Source: Bugula neritina (Eukaryota; Animalia; Bryozoa). From it: a stretch of 64,000 bases of DNA. Each line of letters starts with the position of its first letter. Position 1 is the first letter of the stretch. The stretch is from positions 9,124,581 to 9,188,580 of the forward strand of contig OZ037767.1 in the NCBI GenBank assembly GCA_964035545.1, in the 5' to 3' direction. A program made the position numbers and the translations under genes. Of this stretch, positions 23,957 to 38,699 are shown piece after piece. The notes below the pieces were generated by a model. The model searched no databases and was not told the origin of the DNA. It worked only from the letters and a program-made list of their open reading frames with translations.

Positions 23957-26058
23957 ATGACTGCAGCTGGGTTATCTGTTTGGTGGAGGCTCTACGTATA
24001 TGCTCTGCATGGATACTTCTCTGAAATTGGTAAGAGGTTAAGGGTTGAGTTACAGTTGTTCAAACCATTGCTACAATGTAACTAGTTATCTGCTCTGTTT
24101 ACCTCAACTCTAATACTGTAAAAGTATTTAATTTGTTCACTTTTCCTTTCACCACCATGTCTTAATCTGTTGGCGGAAAACAGGTACTTGAATTATAGTA
24201 CCAACAATTTAAGTAACTAGATACTAGAAAAAGCAGACCATATTTGCCATCAATGAACCAATGTTGATACTAAAAATAACAATGAAATGAATAGGTATTT
24301 CATTTATCGTTATTTTTAATATCAATTATGGTTCGTTGATCGAAATTTCGATCTGGTTTAAACCAATTTTCACTAAGAATAGTATATTACTAGAAATATT
24401 CTGACAACCGCTCTCAGCACTACATGGTGCATAGAGAGAGAGCACTGAATTCGTCCATTATAAACTATGCACCATCTTAATGACTAAGAGTTGCCTTTCC
24501 ATTGAGTATAATGCTTTGTGTTGAATAATCTAAGCTGTGAGCACTATTGAAAATGACTGATTGATCCTCTAAATTTTTGTCATCATTCTGTCAAATAGCG
24601 AATTGCTATCTCGTATTTGACAGCATTTACTGCTGCCTGGGAGTTTGTTGTGACTAACAAGTACACGCTGATGGGGACTACTTCCATCTGGACTATACCT
24701 ATTTATGGCATTAGCGGAGTGGTTGTAGAATACATCTACACTTACACCAAGTACCAACTTCGACTTCCACTACCATTGAGATGTGTTATCTATGTGCTGT
24801 GGACATACCTCTGGGAGTTCTCTACAGGTAGTAAATTTTATTGTTTAAGATGCTTCCATATTGATTATTTTTGTTGTATGTTCATGTGTAAATAGTAATG
24901 TGTATTTTAGATGGTGTAAAAATTATTGACAATCACATGATTGTTTGACATTTTATTTGTACTATTAAACATATACTTTACTGGAGAGTTCATAAAATCA
25001 CAATAATTTTAAGGCATGTGATTTTACATTACAACATAAAAAGGAGGTAGGTGTAGTAATTGAGAAATTGAGACAAGCCTGCGTTCTAGATTAGAAATGT
25101 AGCAAAAGAAGTCATGTTCTCGCAAAATTTTAACCCACGCCCCAAACCAATATTTAATAAAAAATTAAAGAACTTGGCTAGCTCAATTTCTTCACTACTG
25201 CTCGTAACTGATAAAAAGGTGTACTTTATTAGTAGACAGTTTTTGAGATTATTTAGGAGTTGCCTACTTTGTGTGGCATGAGCCAGTCCCTGCTAGCTTA
25301 CTTATACCACTTCCTGTTTAAATCAGAATGAAATTTACAGTGTTTCCTATTATGTTTATTTATATTCTTCTATTCATGCATATAGCAGATAGATGAAATA
25401 AATGGGAAACTTTTGCCAACACTATCATTCTGCAGAAAAATTCTTTTACTGTTGTTAACAGCAGGAAATATCTATAGCTGTTTTTATTAACATTTATTAC
25501 ACAATTATAATGTTTATTTCACCAATTTAGGAGTTGTCAGTCTTGTATTATAGACACCCATGTAACATCCATTAGGAGTAAAGTTTGCTAATGCTTATGT
25601 TTTATAAAAAAAGCTGTTGTTATGAAACAATTGGTTTAAACCATAAATTGACATGCGCCTAGAAATCTGATTTGTACTGCTAGTTTCTAAACTGAGTCAA
25701 ATTCAGTCTGTGAATAATAGATTGAAAAATTAGTTTTTGCTGCAATTTTTATGGTGTAAGTGTATTATTCATTTGGTAATGTTCTTTTATTCCTCATGTT
25801 GTTAATTCAGTCTAGATAGAACTCATAGTATTTGATTATTTAATGTTCTGAAACATTTTAGGTTATCTTCTTCGGTGTTTTGGTGCCTGTCCATGGAATT
25901 ATGAAGATTATGATTGGGATTTCTGGGGATTGATATGCCTAGAGTATGCTCCACTGTGGTATATTGGTTCTATACTGTATGACCAAATACTGATACCTAC
26001 TACTTTGCGGCTAAGGATGGATAGTCTATTTGCAGATGAGAATCAGAAACAAAAATAG
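23957..26058 (+). CDS. TMEM229B: Transmembrane protein 229B-like
   Basis: Exons 23957-24029, 24624-24827, 25862-26058: [34 protein letters not shown]...[49 protein letters not shown]...TLRLRMD; near-continuous match to the TMEM229B signature. Confidence 0.93.
24234..24355. repeat. Imperfect inverted repeat (~55-bp arms), MITE-like
   Basis: cagaccatatttgccatcaatgaaccaatgttgatactaaaaataacaatgaaatg pairs with catttatcgttatttttaatatcaattatggttcgttgatcgaaatttcgatctg. Confidence 0.65.
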
Positions 26059-29000
26059 GCGGGACTTTTCCTTATTTAAATTAACAAGTATGGTTTTGGA
26101 ACAAATGAAATCTTTCTCAAGGTGCATTTATACCTTCCCTAAAAAACTACCGGGTTTCAGTTGCATATTCTTATAGCTTTACTGAAACCTGTTGAAATTA
26201 TATTAATGTTAATAATATTAAGCACATGACTCTTGATCTCCACTTGATGCTCTTTAAAAGCGTAATTTTTGCTAAAGCCAATCCCAAGGTTTAAGTGCAC
26301 CTTTGTTCTTATTCAAAATCATTGAAAGTTTTTTATTTTTAGAAATTAAGCCATACATGCTGTGAAATAGGACAATTTAAACCTCTTCAGTCAGCTTAAA
26401 AATTAGGTCTTGTTTTACAAAATATTTATAGGAAAATCTATCTTTTAGGAAAATGTAATTGTGGTATGTATGTTTTTGATGTTTATGGTACTTTTTACCT
26501 TCTACTTTATGCACCATTAGTAGGAATTCACTGTGCGTTTTATTTTTTCAGGATTTCATCTTTCCATTATTCAGCACAAATGGCACTTGGTGCGAGTTAT
26601 TAGTTTCGGAGAATTTTTTTTAGAAAAAAAAACCTGAGCTTGAATCAAGAATATAATCTAATTTATAATGATGTTCCATGAGATCATTTTGAGCAGTTTT
26701 TGAATGTAAAATATGTATTGCAAATCTCAATTTAATGTGTTCCAATTATATTTGAAGATTATTTCACATAATAATAATAGGTAACTCTTTAGCAAACAAA
26801 TCTTTTATGAAGCAGAAATACTGGCCAGCATAGATTTGCTGGCTTGGTAAAACGTAGATATGCTGAACATAGAAATTAAGTTTCTAGGCTGCAACATAAT
26901 TAAGTGCAATATTTAGTGCACAAGTAAATCTACTTCTAATGAAGCTGCATTATTTAATTCACTTACATACTTTGCTTTGTAATTACTACTAACTAGCAAA
27001 CATATTTTCGTCAGCTTTTGAGATTCAACTTGTAGATGTAATTTTCATGGTATAAACTTTTATCATCATATTTATTAGTTGCAACACACATAACTAGTAA
27101 TGAAGTAAATGATGTAAATGCTAGAATCAGTTCAAAATAAAAAAAATATTATGCATCATGGAAAATATATTACATTGCCTATGACATGCTAGTAGTAAAA
27201 GTGAACTAAATTAAAATAGAATGATGCAACAGTTGGTCGATATAACAAAAATATAAACAGCAATATTACTGAAAAAACTTGGCATAACAATTTAAAAATT
27301 GTTCATCTTGTATTTTTTATATAGATGGTAATATCTTTTCTATTTTTAGTAGCAGAAAGATTGCAATTAACGATTATTGTCTGTGCTGTAAAGACAACAG
27401 AGTTGAGCCAACTACACAGAGGCACACAAAATCATTGTCAGAAACATAAATAACACACAAGTATACATAAAAGCCCAATAAAATATTGCCGAGTAGGACT
27501 AGGCTTTAGGTAGTTAGTAGAATGTGACATTATAGGTGATGGCATTAGGTTGGTAAGAAAGTAGTGACTTGTGAGGAATAAATATACAGATGGCTGTATG
27601 TACATATACAAATGTTATGATACAGGAAACAGTTTGCAGGGTCATGCATTGGACGACACGGAGGAATCCCTCTGTAACAAGGCTTTAGAATGGGAAGGAG
27701 ACACACCATCATCTGAACCTATAAGATTAACCAAATATGATGCATGACCCAATAAATCAGTTATATCAGCATTGTTCAATAAGAAATAATATTTCAACTT
27801 GACACCTTGGTATTGGTAAAAAATTAAATTATTTGGAAACAATCGCATATTACAAAAAATCAAACCCAATTATCTGAATCAGGCAATCTAGAAAAATCAT
27901 TGCATCAATAGAAACAAATAAGAAAAAAATTGTCAACATATTTTTAAAGCAGCAGTAACTATAATAATTACTATTATATTTACACATTTTCTTTAGTTAT
28001 AAAAGCTTGACCATTTGGTAATACATTTTACAGCAGACACGGATTCCAAATATAGATGGTAACTGATATAAAATATTAAATATAGAATATATTTAATTGA
28101 AGCCGGAAGACACCAAACTACTTCAGAATCCAATTGGGTCTGGAAGATGGGATCAGCAGGGAATCTTTGAAAGAACTCAAAAAATTTGTCAAAGTTGATG
28201 CCAATCATACTTCGACTCACTCACTGAAAGTGACTTTATTTTAAGTAGTAAGAAATTTGCCGCGAGAGTAAGACTGGACACCAAATATGACATAAATTAT
28301 GAGTGAATTCAATTTAACAGTTAAAAAAATGTAGAGCCTGCTTATCATGCTGATAAAAATACAGAAAATATAATTACATGATTTTGAGATAACAGCTTAA
28401 ATCTAGTGCAAACTAGAATGCTAAATTTTAGTTAGAATGATAGCAGAAAGTTTGTGCCAATTCAGTGAGTAACACTACACAAGAGCCATCTAGGGTCATT
28501 GCATCAGGCATAGGGCAGGGTTTAGCTCATGTTTGGAGTTGTTGTATTACGCATTAATTACTAACAAGAGGTCACAACTTCAACAAAATTAAAGTGTTAG
28601 TCGCAAGTGAATGGAGTCAGCTGCTGTTTAGAAAGAGAAGTTTGAGAAATAGAGAAGCTACTACTGTACAAGGCATCTTACATTGTATAAACACTAATAA
28701 TAGATTCACCTGATAACCCCATCTCCGTTCTCCAGACTAATATATCCCACAGCGACTATATTCAGAGAAAATAAAACATACTAGTTGCAGAGGATCAAAG
28801 GGAAACATTGAACTTAAGCTGGTAATCACTAGTATGATCAGACAGACGTAGCAGTTAGACACAGTGGTTAGAGCATTTGCAGCATGGGAAAAACTTTGTA
28901 TCTTTACAGCTGCAAAATGTGAAAATCTGGAATGTTAATCATAAAAGTGTTTTAAGAGTTCAAACCTGAGGGTCTGTAAAATTGAACTTTTAAAAATAAG

Positions 29001-29620
29001 CTTAGGCTAACTATTAATTAAGCAGTACAGTGAAGACCGCAGCTTAAACCAAGATACTGGCACATAGAATCCATAAATTTAATCTATCAGCTAACTATCT
29101 CTAGAACAGCTTAGATGCCAAGTTTTCAGGTTTTAGTATTACAATGCAATTTGCATTCCCTCAGCTGGGAGTTTATAGCATTACTTCAGTGGTGAAAGTA
29201 GCTTAGGAACTTCTAAACCCAAAGTATTACACAGCTTATTAATTTGAATATTAATGTGAACACAGGAAGAAAAAACTTAAAGTTGAAAGTAACAGCAAAT
29301 TATATTAAATATTGAAGCACTAAGGACAGGATCTACGTGAATCGGTGACAAGCCATGGTTGGCGAAACCAATAGTTGGCAACATTAGATAACAAAGTGAG
29401 ACACTTGGTATGTATATTTGGTGAACACAACTGCAATAAACAAGATAGAGAGCTAGAAAAGCTGATTTAGAGCTAATAAATGATTAAACCACTACAAACA
29501 CGACTACCATGGCTTGTTACCGACAACATTTCTCCCCTCAGAACAAGTCGATGTCTAAAATATGGAAGAGGAATGGGACTTTGGAAGGGGGTCTGAGAGA
29601 GACTGCCTTCACCAATCAGA

Positions 29621-32600
29621 CTACATGTGAACTATATACTTGCTAGTGTAGATGATACTTTCATTAATATCATTGGGCAGATGCACATATGTGTCTGAAT
29701 ATGATTGGATAGAGGAAGTACTGCAGCAACACACGTCTAGGTGTGTGTCTAAGCAGATAGGATTATTACCCTCGTCATTTCCGTTAGAGTCCGGTGAGTC
29801 AAAGTCTCCCGATGCAGATAGAGACTCCCTGTTAGATGGATGGTGGAAGTCCAGAGGTATATTCTCCCTGATGTACCTCCAATACACCCCCAGAGCTGCC
29901 ACACTCAACACAAACATCTCTGCTATGATTGCCAAATGATGAATTTCTACAAAGTTGAATAGCCGATGGGTTAACCAACCAGCAGTGCTTATAATACTCA
30001 ACATAAGTAATACACTACAGTGATATATCTAGATTCTAGCAATAGGTTGTTCACTAGCTTATTCATTGAAATACCAAAAATGTTTCTTATTGTGGCTCAT
30101 CATGTTGCAAAACAGCCAGTGCCCAGCAGCCTAGTACCTGTAGAACCAACTAATCGAACTAAATAAAAGGAAACTGTAGGAATAGTTTTTCTAAGACAGA
30201 CTAGCAATATATCTCTGAAAGCCAAATGATCGTTATATCAAAAACTTTTTAAGCATCAAAGTTGAAAATATTATTTATAATATAAGGATTCAGAATTTAG
30301 ATGGTTCAACGTTGTTCGTTATCCTATAGGAGAAGTGTGCTAGAGGTAGTATAAGTTGTGTGCTAGAGATGGTATAAGTTGTGTGCTAGAGATGGTATAA
30401 GTTGTGTACTAGAGATGGTATAAGTTGTGTGCTAGAGATGGTATAAGTTGTGTACTAGAGATGGTATAAGTAGTGTGCTAGAGATGGTATAAGTAGTGTG
30501 CTAGAGATGGTATAAGTTGTGTGCTAGAGATGGTATAAGTTGTGTGCTAGAGATGGTATAAGTTGTGTGCTAGAGATGGTATAAGTTGTGTGCTAGAGAT
30601 GGTATAAGTTGTGTGCTAGAGATGGTATAAGTTGTGTACTAGAGATGGTATAAGTTGTGTGCTAGAAGTGGTGAAGTATAATATATAACATATATTACAT
30701 GCAGATTGAATGACCAAAGAAGCAGGGAACAACAAAATGGTCTTTACAATTCTCAGTTAAAATGTTTTTGGATGAACTTGGATAAATCTACAGTGATAAG
30801 CTATAAATACATGACTACAGTGACCAGCATAAACACCACTGTACCAGCACCGCGTATACAACTTACAACACACCAAGTGTTGAACTTTAAACTTCAAAAA
30901 AATACAATATGCTTGATTTACTTTTGAATATTTTTCAGTATATTAGAGCCAATTAGATTTCTAAGAATCCAGTTCCTGGCATCACAAACTAATATGTGTT
31001 ACAGCTAACAGTATGTGTTACAGTATGTGCTAACATACTAACATGTAGGAGCATGTCGTGAGTTGGTGAGAAGATAACTCTAAACGTAAATTTGTACAGT
31101 GAACTACTTTATTGACTGAGTACAAACCTAGCGCCCGTGATTTGACAGGTAAATATGGTGTACAGTCTAGGAAGTTGAAGTTAGCAACTTGTGTAAGTAT
31201 AGCATCCTGTAGACTGCCACAAATCATCACCAACTGAAAGACCACAAACTTGCCACGTATGTGAAAGTGTGAGAGACGTTGTAGAGATGCCCTGAATATG
31301 ATGATGAGAGGCCACATGGCTATTAATGTGGTGATCATGTTCACTAGGGCTATGTAGGTAGAGGCTGACTTGAATGGCTACAACAGACAACACTATGGTT
31401 CACTTTAACCTGAACAACACTATGGTTCACTTTAACCTGAACAACACTATGGTTCACTTTAACCTGAACAACACTATGGTTCACTCCATTTAAACTGTAG
31501 AGTACTTATATGACAGTTAAGATGAAATACAGATACTGGGAGCACAAACAGAGCTCATATGTATTTCATAGCAAATGATAGAACAACTCCTTATTGCTAA
31601 CATTATGGCTACCCTGAAAGTACAGATGGGAGACGCATTTTGATGGGGCTTGTATTGGTGGACCACAGGGTTTATATTTTCATTTAATAGATTATGTAAA
31701 GGCCAGATCTAAAGTGAAAATCAAGAATTAGTAACACGCGATGTGTTTGATACATGGTGAGGGGGGTGTACTATGAGCCCTAAATTCATACTGATTACAT
31801 TGAGGGCTAACTTTGTGTGTCGATTATTAAACAGCGCTAGATCTATTTCCTCCTAGGACATAGAAATTCATATCCAGATAACAACAGATGTTTATTGTCA
31901 CTTATATTAAACTATCACATAAAGCATAACATCTACTTTCAACAACAAGTAGGTCACATGGTAAGAAGATAATACTAAGGCAGACAACTCCATAATATGA
32001 AACTGATTTCCCATATTCTGATAGAGGAATCAAATGACACACTTACCTTCATTTGACCACTGATATCGTCTACAAACTCGTATTTGTCCTCCACCCACAG
32101 TATCATGGAGAGAACCAGCAGCACTGGTCTGAATATAAGGAACTGTATTGCGCCAAGCTTCATTATGTGCAGCTGCTTTCTACAGAGATCAGCATAGACA
32201 CTATCAACAGAGCTTGCAGGGGACTTAATTAGCAGTGATTACATGCAGCATTCACCCTGCACACTGTTTAATTAATGAACTATCAGTTTACAGTTTAAAT
32301 TTAAAAATTTATCCTAATGCATTCATGGCTCAGTATTATCAGATGCATAAACCAGCAAGAAGTAGTGTTCACAAAACACAGACACACAGACATGTTCCAG
32401 AAACTGCTAACCAGATACTAATTTCTAAACTGGCAGAACTTTCATCACATCCATAGAGAATAGTCAGTAGACTACATAAAGTTGAAGATTTGCTGTTAGC
32501 AGAGAGCGTATAGAGCAGATAATCAACCTATTGCTGAGTAGCAGCTGGACAATTGACTAGATTACATGAGATGGTAGGTGGGTGAACAGCCGGGAACGGA

Positions 32601-35600
32601 AAACATGGATGGAGCCAGTCTTATATTTAGAAGCAGAAGGTCGTTGAATGAGTTTGTAGAATATATTTTTATAGGCAAATGGGTCTTGACACAAGACCAC
32701 CTCTCATGCCTGAATATGTAACCATGAAGTTATCCAACATGGAATTTGCCTTCTCATCAATGACAGCATTACATGAGAATGCTGGATACAGGTTGGCGAC
32801 TACTACAGTGACAGTAGTGTGGGGGAGGTGTAGTCAGTGACAGTAGTGTGGGGAGTCAAAGAGTAACAGTAGATTGAGGGAGGTGTAGTCAAGCATGTGA
32901 TGAAGGCATTTATAATGGCTGTATTAATCAATAGGATTAGTTAGAAGGGGTATTGACTTTTCTTAGTCAAGAATTTTAATATCTGCTAACAGCAAGGAAC
33001 AGGCAGCGTGGTCACTGCATGCAGACATTATATGAAGACAATGCATGTGTAATCTATATGCGGAAAGTATATGCAGACAGTGTATGCATATAGTGTATGC
33101 ATATAGTGTATGCATATAGTGTATGCATATAGTGTATGCAGATAGTGTATGCAGATAGTGTATGCAGATAGTGTATGCAGAAAGTGTATACATAGAGTGT
33201 CTGCATACACTATCTGCATATTATACTGTATGCATACACTATATACAGACAGTATATACAGATAGCATATACTGTCTGTATATACAGATAGTATATACAG
33301 ATAGTGTATGCAGCCACTGTATGCATACACTATCTGCATACACTATCTGCATACACTATCTGCATATTATACTGTATGCAGACAGTGGGGTCAGTAGAAG
33401 TACATTGAGTCTATACAGTTTGCAGCCTACCTTGTAGTATGCACTCTACCCACAACTCTTAACAATAGCATCCCTATTGAGAAGGCAGCACAAGTTGAGA
33501 CAGCTTATATAAACTAATATTATATACTAATGTGTACAGCAAGTCAGCATGTTGGTGGTATAATGTCATTTAGCCTATAATCAATACCCTTTCCTCTACG
33601 CAGCATAATACTGGTGTTTGTAGCTTTTGTTCAACAAGTTATTCAGAGTGAAGCTAACTTTTAATCTCAATGGTGGTTGAGAGGAAGTGGACTTATTAAT
33701 GTCAACGTACTGCAAGACTTACTACACTTACTCCTGCAGTATATCACACCTACCAGCAGTATACGTGCAACATCCAGGGCCTCTCTACAAACCTCACTCT
33801 TTGTGTCATTCATTAGGACTTAAAATTTTAAGAACATAAAGTCCTGGCTAAATTTGTAATAAGATGAGCAGTAGTAAGACACACTAGACCTGGCTATGTG
33901 GGTGTCTAAACTGAGGCTATAGTACGTGTAGGTAGGGGTGGGAAGACACTGTGGGCTGTCAGCTGGTGCACCCGGGTTATGTAAGCTTCACACAGTGTAT
34001 GTTGGGTATTGCTGGGTTATTTACTAGTAGATTACTGTAATTACATTCTGGCCCAAAGCATGAGAAGAACAGTAATTCAAAGGCAGAGTCTACAAGATTT
34101 GTGTATTGATTCTCTATACTCCTATTTGCTGCAGTAGAAACACACGTGACATAAAAATAAAATAAATGAATGAATGGCGCACAGTACTGCTCAGTTATAA
34201 CCTGGTGGTAAATGTCTTACTTTTTTAGAGTAAACTTCCGCAAGCAGAAGAAAAGACAACAAACTGGAGGGACTTGCATACTGACGGCGGTTGAAGAGAA
34301 AGTTTCTATCATCTTTTTCTCTCCACCATAATACATGAGCATAAGCTGTAGAAAGTGCCACAGGGTGATGGCAAAATATCTGCAATGTAAAATTACAATA
34401 ATACTATAGTGAGTTAGAGCATACTGCACTGTCTAATATGTGACTGCAAATAGTTGAAGATCACCTTGCGGTGACACATGTATTATAATATTTCAAACTC
34501 AGTCAATAAATTGTTCATAGTTGACTTTATTTGATTACAGAAGAATTTGTAGCAAGTTGGTTGCTGGGTCATAAAGCACTCCCAGTATTATGTATATGAA
34601 CTCCAGCATGGCTCTGCACATGCAAGTGGAGATGATATGCTTATGCAAGTAGAAGTGTATTGAGAGATGGTAGAGTACCAGGCCATGGGGAGACTGATAG
34701 TGGTAGTCCACAGTCTAATCATACAGATGTTGGTGGTCAGAGTGGAGAAACCTTAGCCAAGACAAGCGACAGCATACCTAACTATTAGCAGCACTAACTT
34801 TACTGTGACCGATGGACTTTGGGCCACATAGAGTGGAGTAGTTATTCTAAATTCTAAAGGTTAGACAAGCTGCATAGCCCAGTAATAATAGGGGAGATGG
34901 TTATAGACACTACTGCATGAAATTCAGATATGACATCAATGAGAGCATATTATATAAATACTAGATATAAATTAGTCCTGTTGCAGTTCAAAGTTGATGA
35001 AAAAAGGTAGAAATTTTGTAGTTGAGATTTGGGAATATCATTAAGTAATTGAGGCAGCCTAGTTGGAAGTATAACAGGAATATCAGCCTAAACATACAAA
35101 CAGCAGGAGTCTTGCTATTTGAGATATTTAGATGTTTCCAGTTTATTATCAAGAATATGTAGCATTTGAGACCTTTGAAAAAAACTATGCTTTAGAGAAA
35201 CATTTTCTTGAAAGAAAATATCATGTTCCAGTTAAATGCAAACTTACAAAACAACATAAAATGGTATAAAATCTCAGGTTATTGAAATGTCTGTATGGTG
35301 GGAGTAGAACACTGGAATGCCACATACTTGTATCATTACCATACGCCAAGCAATGCCTTATAAGTAGTCATTCAATCGATCAGCAGTTAAATTTTATCAA
35401 TAGATGAATTGAACTGAAAGAATTGATAAAAGGCTATTTATTGCACAAGCTAATAAAAGAATGATTGGTGGAACTTAGACCTAGTTGGCTGTGATGAAAC
35501 CACTTGACTGTAAACAATAACATAAACAGTGATTCAGCTGGTAAAGTTAAGTTACAAAATACTGAATGTTAAGTTATCATTACTCCTATCAGTATAACAT

Positions 35601-37764
35601 CACACCATGTATAACATTTCCTCTCAGTATGACTAGCATTACTATTATTGCTCATGGAAAAGAACACCATCAAATCTCCAGTGTCCATATCTAATGGCAA
35701 TGTCATTCTAATACATACTAGAAAGTATAATCAATAACTGTTTTTGGCACTCAAAAGTACTTTAATCAATCTATGATAACTTTTTTACATTATATATTTT
35801 AAAACCTGTTTTGGTAAATTCATGGAAAAATATGTGTAGAAATTTTCCTAGAATAACCAGGTAGCACAGGATTCTCGGTTCAGATTTCTTAATGAATTCA
35901 CGACAAAAGTTAATTGAAAAATGCAAAAGAATATCGCACCGACAAATCTGTCAGCAAATGCCAGTCTGTGCAGCCTCCCTCGTTACCTCTATTATACTCA
36001 TGCAATGAATTAGCCTTAGTTCATGCAATATTTAAGTTCTGACACTATTGTCGGTTGATATATTAAAACACATACAAGTAATGCAGTGTAACAACTGAGG
36101 CTGTTGTAAACTAATGGTTTAGCAACTATTTGATAAGAAACAATGAGGAATGCATGTAGACCCTATGAATCATTATACAATGAAGTCCTAATATTTACTG
36201 CAGGCTGCATGTTTTTGGCAAATATAAAAATAAGACATTTAAAATCTGGTTTTCCCACTCTAATTTATATACATGTGCAAAATAATTCATCTGTTATGAC
36301 TTTGAGGGCTACATAAGTGTAGGCTGGGGGGGCTATATCCACTCCTGGGGCCGCCTGTTGGACAGCACTGCCCTAGACTGTAGAATAGCAAGTGGCTTCT
36401 ATCTACTGTGGCAATTAGTCACATAAGATAAGAAGCACCAAAGGTCCAGTAGTTGTAGCAGGAGATGTTAAGTAGCACATGTATCTAAATAGCCTAGCTA
36501 GGAGTAACCACACAGTAGAATGTACTAGAACATAGCATTGTGTACTTACACATTAGCTACAAGATCTAGTAGGGGGGCCGCTCTGGGTACCACCACTGCC
36601 AAGAGAGCCAATGACGAATACACCTGAAACAGAGAGACGTACGCTCATGAATTCATCATATCTACATAACTAAAGGTTTGTTCACTAACAAAGTAAAATA
36701 AAGTTTTAAAAACATGAAGAACCTTGCATCCTGATACTAGTATCAATGATCATCAAATAACAGAGTAAAGTTACAGTGAGACTACCATGTTGCAGTTACT
36801 GCCTAAGCTAACGTTTATTACTATTCAGTGTAACTGAATCATTAAGCAAATTAATCATTTTGCATTAGAATTTATATACATTCAGGTCTAGTCACTGCAC
36901 AAACTCCCTATTCACATCAATTAAATAGCAATAATAAAAAAGAATAGAGAAATGATTGGTTGAGTGCACCTGAAGCTATAGAATATCACAGGAATACAAT
37001 TAAAAGCAAACAACTACTTTACTAGTATTGATCCTGACTCACCGGGTATAAAGAAAGCAGCATTACCATTCGAATACGCCTCATAATATGCATTTTATTC
37101 CTGAGTATGCTCACTATTTCAAGTACATAAATGAGGCATGTTAGACTGCACAGCACAACAAACAGTGAAAACATGGCTGTCTTCTCCTGTAGCTGTAAAA
37201 GTTCTGCAACAAAAAGTAAAGCCTGTTAATATTATACGAGTTAGTGTCACTGGAGTTAGTAATATATATGTTACTAGATGTGTTAGTATTAGTATTATGT
37301 GTTAGTAATATATATGTTATTAGACATGCTAGTATTAGTATTATATTATTATTATGTGTTAGTAATATATGTGTTGTCATATGTATTAGTTTATTCTGAA
37401 AACATTCTTACATTAATGGCCAGTTTATTTACTTATAATATCAAATACTACCAAAATATGAGCCACTGGAAGTTTAATTATTTATCTAATTTGACTATGT
37501 GTTGAAAATATACACTATTAATATCAACTTATAACTGCATAGTGAATCCTCCAATAGAAGCATGTCATTTTTCCAGCATATATGTGTATGTGTATTAGTA
37601 CATATGTTACGTTACGTACATATATATCTTATGTATAATTACTCACGTTTCAGATAGTAAGTAGAGTTTGGCACTTCATGTGGGCATATACTTAAAATAT
37701 GAGTTGATGAGGCATTGTGTGAAGAGTTCATAAGGTGCCAGTCACTCCCAGACTGATCCATCAT
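29621..37764 (-). CDS. SLC51A: Organic solute transporter subunit alpha (OSTalpha/SLC51A-like, TMEM184/Solute_trans_a family); 3' end may extend to 27642 via extra exons
   Basis: Exons 37764-37647, 37203-37043, 36623-36550, 34379-34221, 32179-32047, 31377-31128, 29946-29621; motifs LYPVYS..LAVVVPRA, YYGG, PPVCCLFFC, QFLIFRP, IRGKFVVFQL, CTPYLP, AEM. Confidence 0.88.
30334..30666. repeat. 23-bp minisatellite (GTTGTGTGCTAGAGATGGTATAA), ~14 copies
   Basis: Direct tandem repeat in OSTalpha intron. Confidence 0.95.
31387..31485. repeat. 27-bp tandem repeat, ~3.6 copies
   Basis: aacactatggttcactttaacctgaac repeated, abutting a splice acceptor. Confidence 0.9.
33068..33385. repeat. 13-bp minisatellite present in both orientations
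   Basis: gca(t/g)atagtgtat copies followed by reverse-complement atacactatctgc copies. Confidence 0.9.
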
Positions 37765-38699
37765 GCTGAAATATTAAATCAAATATGCGCAAACTCAACA
37801 ATACAACTTACTGCATCTTTATAGACGTAATCAAAGCTAGACTCCACAGTATGAAAGGTGATGGTTACAATCATGCTGTAGATCAAAGCTGTTAAATATT
37901 GTAAAATTATGCCAATTTGTGCATGCTGTCAACATGTAGCAACAGTAACCCTTGAGTAACACAAATTTGCTTTATTTCCTGCCTTAGTCACTCAAAACAT
38001 AGTATAGTGAAAGTATGAGTCAGTCAAAATGGTTCGGTTAAACTTGAATAAGTTATTAAAAGTATATCACTTACTGTATTCTGAATGAAAGCTTATTAGG
38101 TCAAGACTGGAACCCAAAGGAGGGTATGTAAATCAAAGGGTTATTCCAGCTTCATTATATTTAGTCAGCTGTTCAACTGTTGAAATAAATAATCAAATTA
38201 GTTGTCTCAATACTTCACTTTAGTTTTCTGTTTTACAAAAATGTTACTATCTTTTGGGAGTTCCAGCGTAAAACCGTGATCAACTTTCAAGTAAATTACA
38301 GTTCAATGAAAATTTAAAACCAAATCAGTTTCTTTTGATCTAGAGCAGCTTACAATGGATTGAAATAAAAAATTCACACTGTGACTGTAATACAAAAACC
38401 ATTTTATGTATTAAACATAGTGCAAAATATTTCTTTGAGAACTAGCAATTTATGTCCAAAATTACCTGTACTGACATATTATAATGAATAGAATTCAGCA
38501 TATTAAACTGAAAATTAGAGAATTAACTTTAAATTATTACTACAAATATTAATAACTAAAAGTGAGAAAATCAATATGAATATGAGACTGAAATTGCAAC
38601 ATTGATTAATCTAGCTGAATAAAATTAAATCACAAAGGGACTAAGAACTTTAACTTGAAGATCTTTTTAAATGATAACTTTCAAGTTTATCATTTATGT

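Noticed and set aside
32540-32800. GC-richer intronic patches (also ~33590-33960, ~34540-34900) that may be old retroelement debris
   Set aside because: No interpretable protein motif recovered by eye
32963-33437. Overlapping His/Cys/Tyr-rich ORFs
   Set aside because: Artefacts of the 13-bp minisatellite
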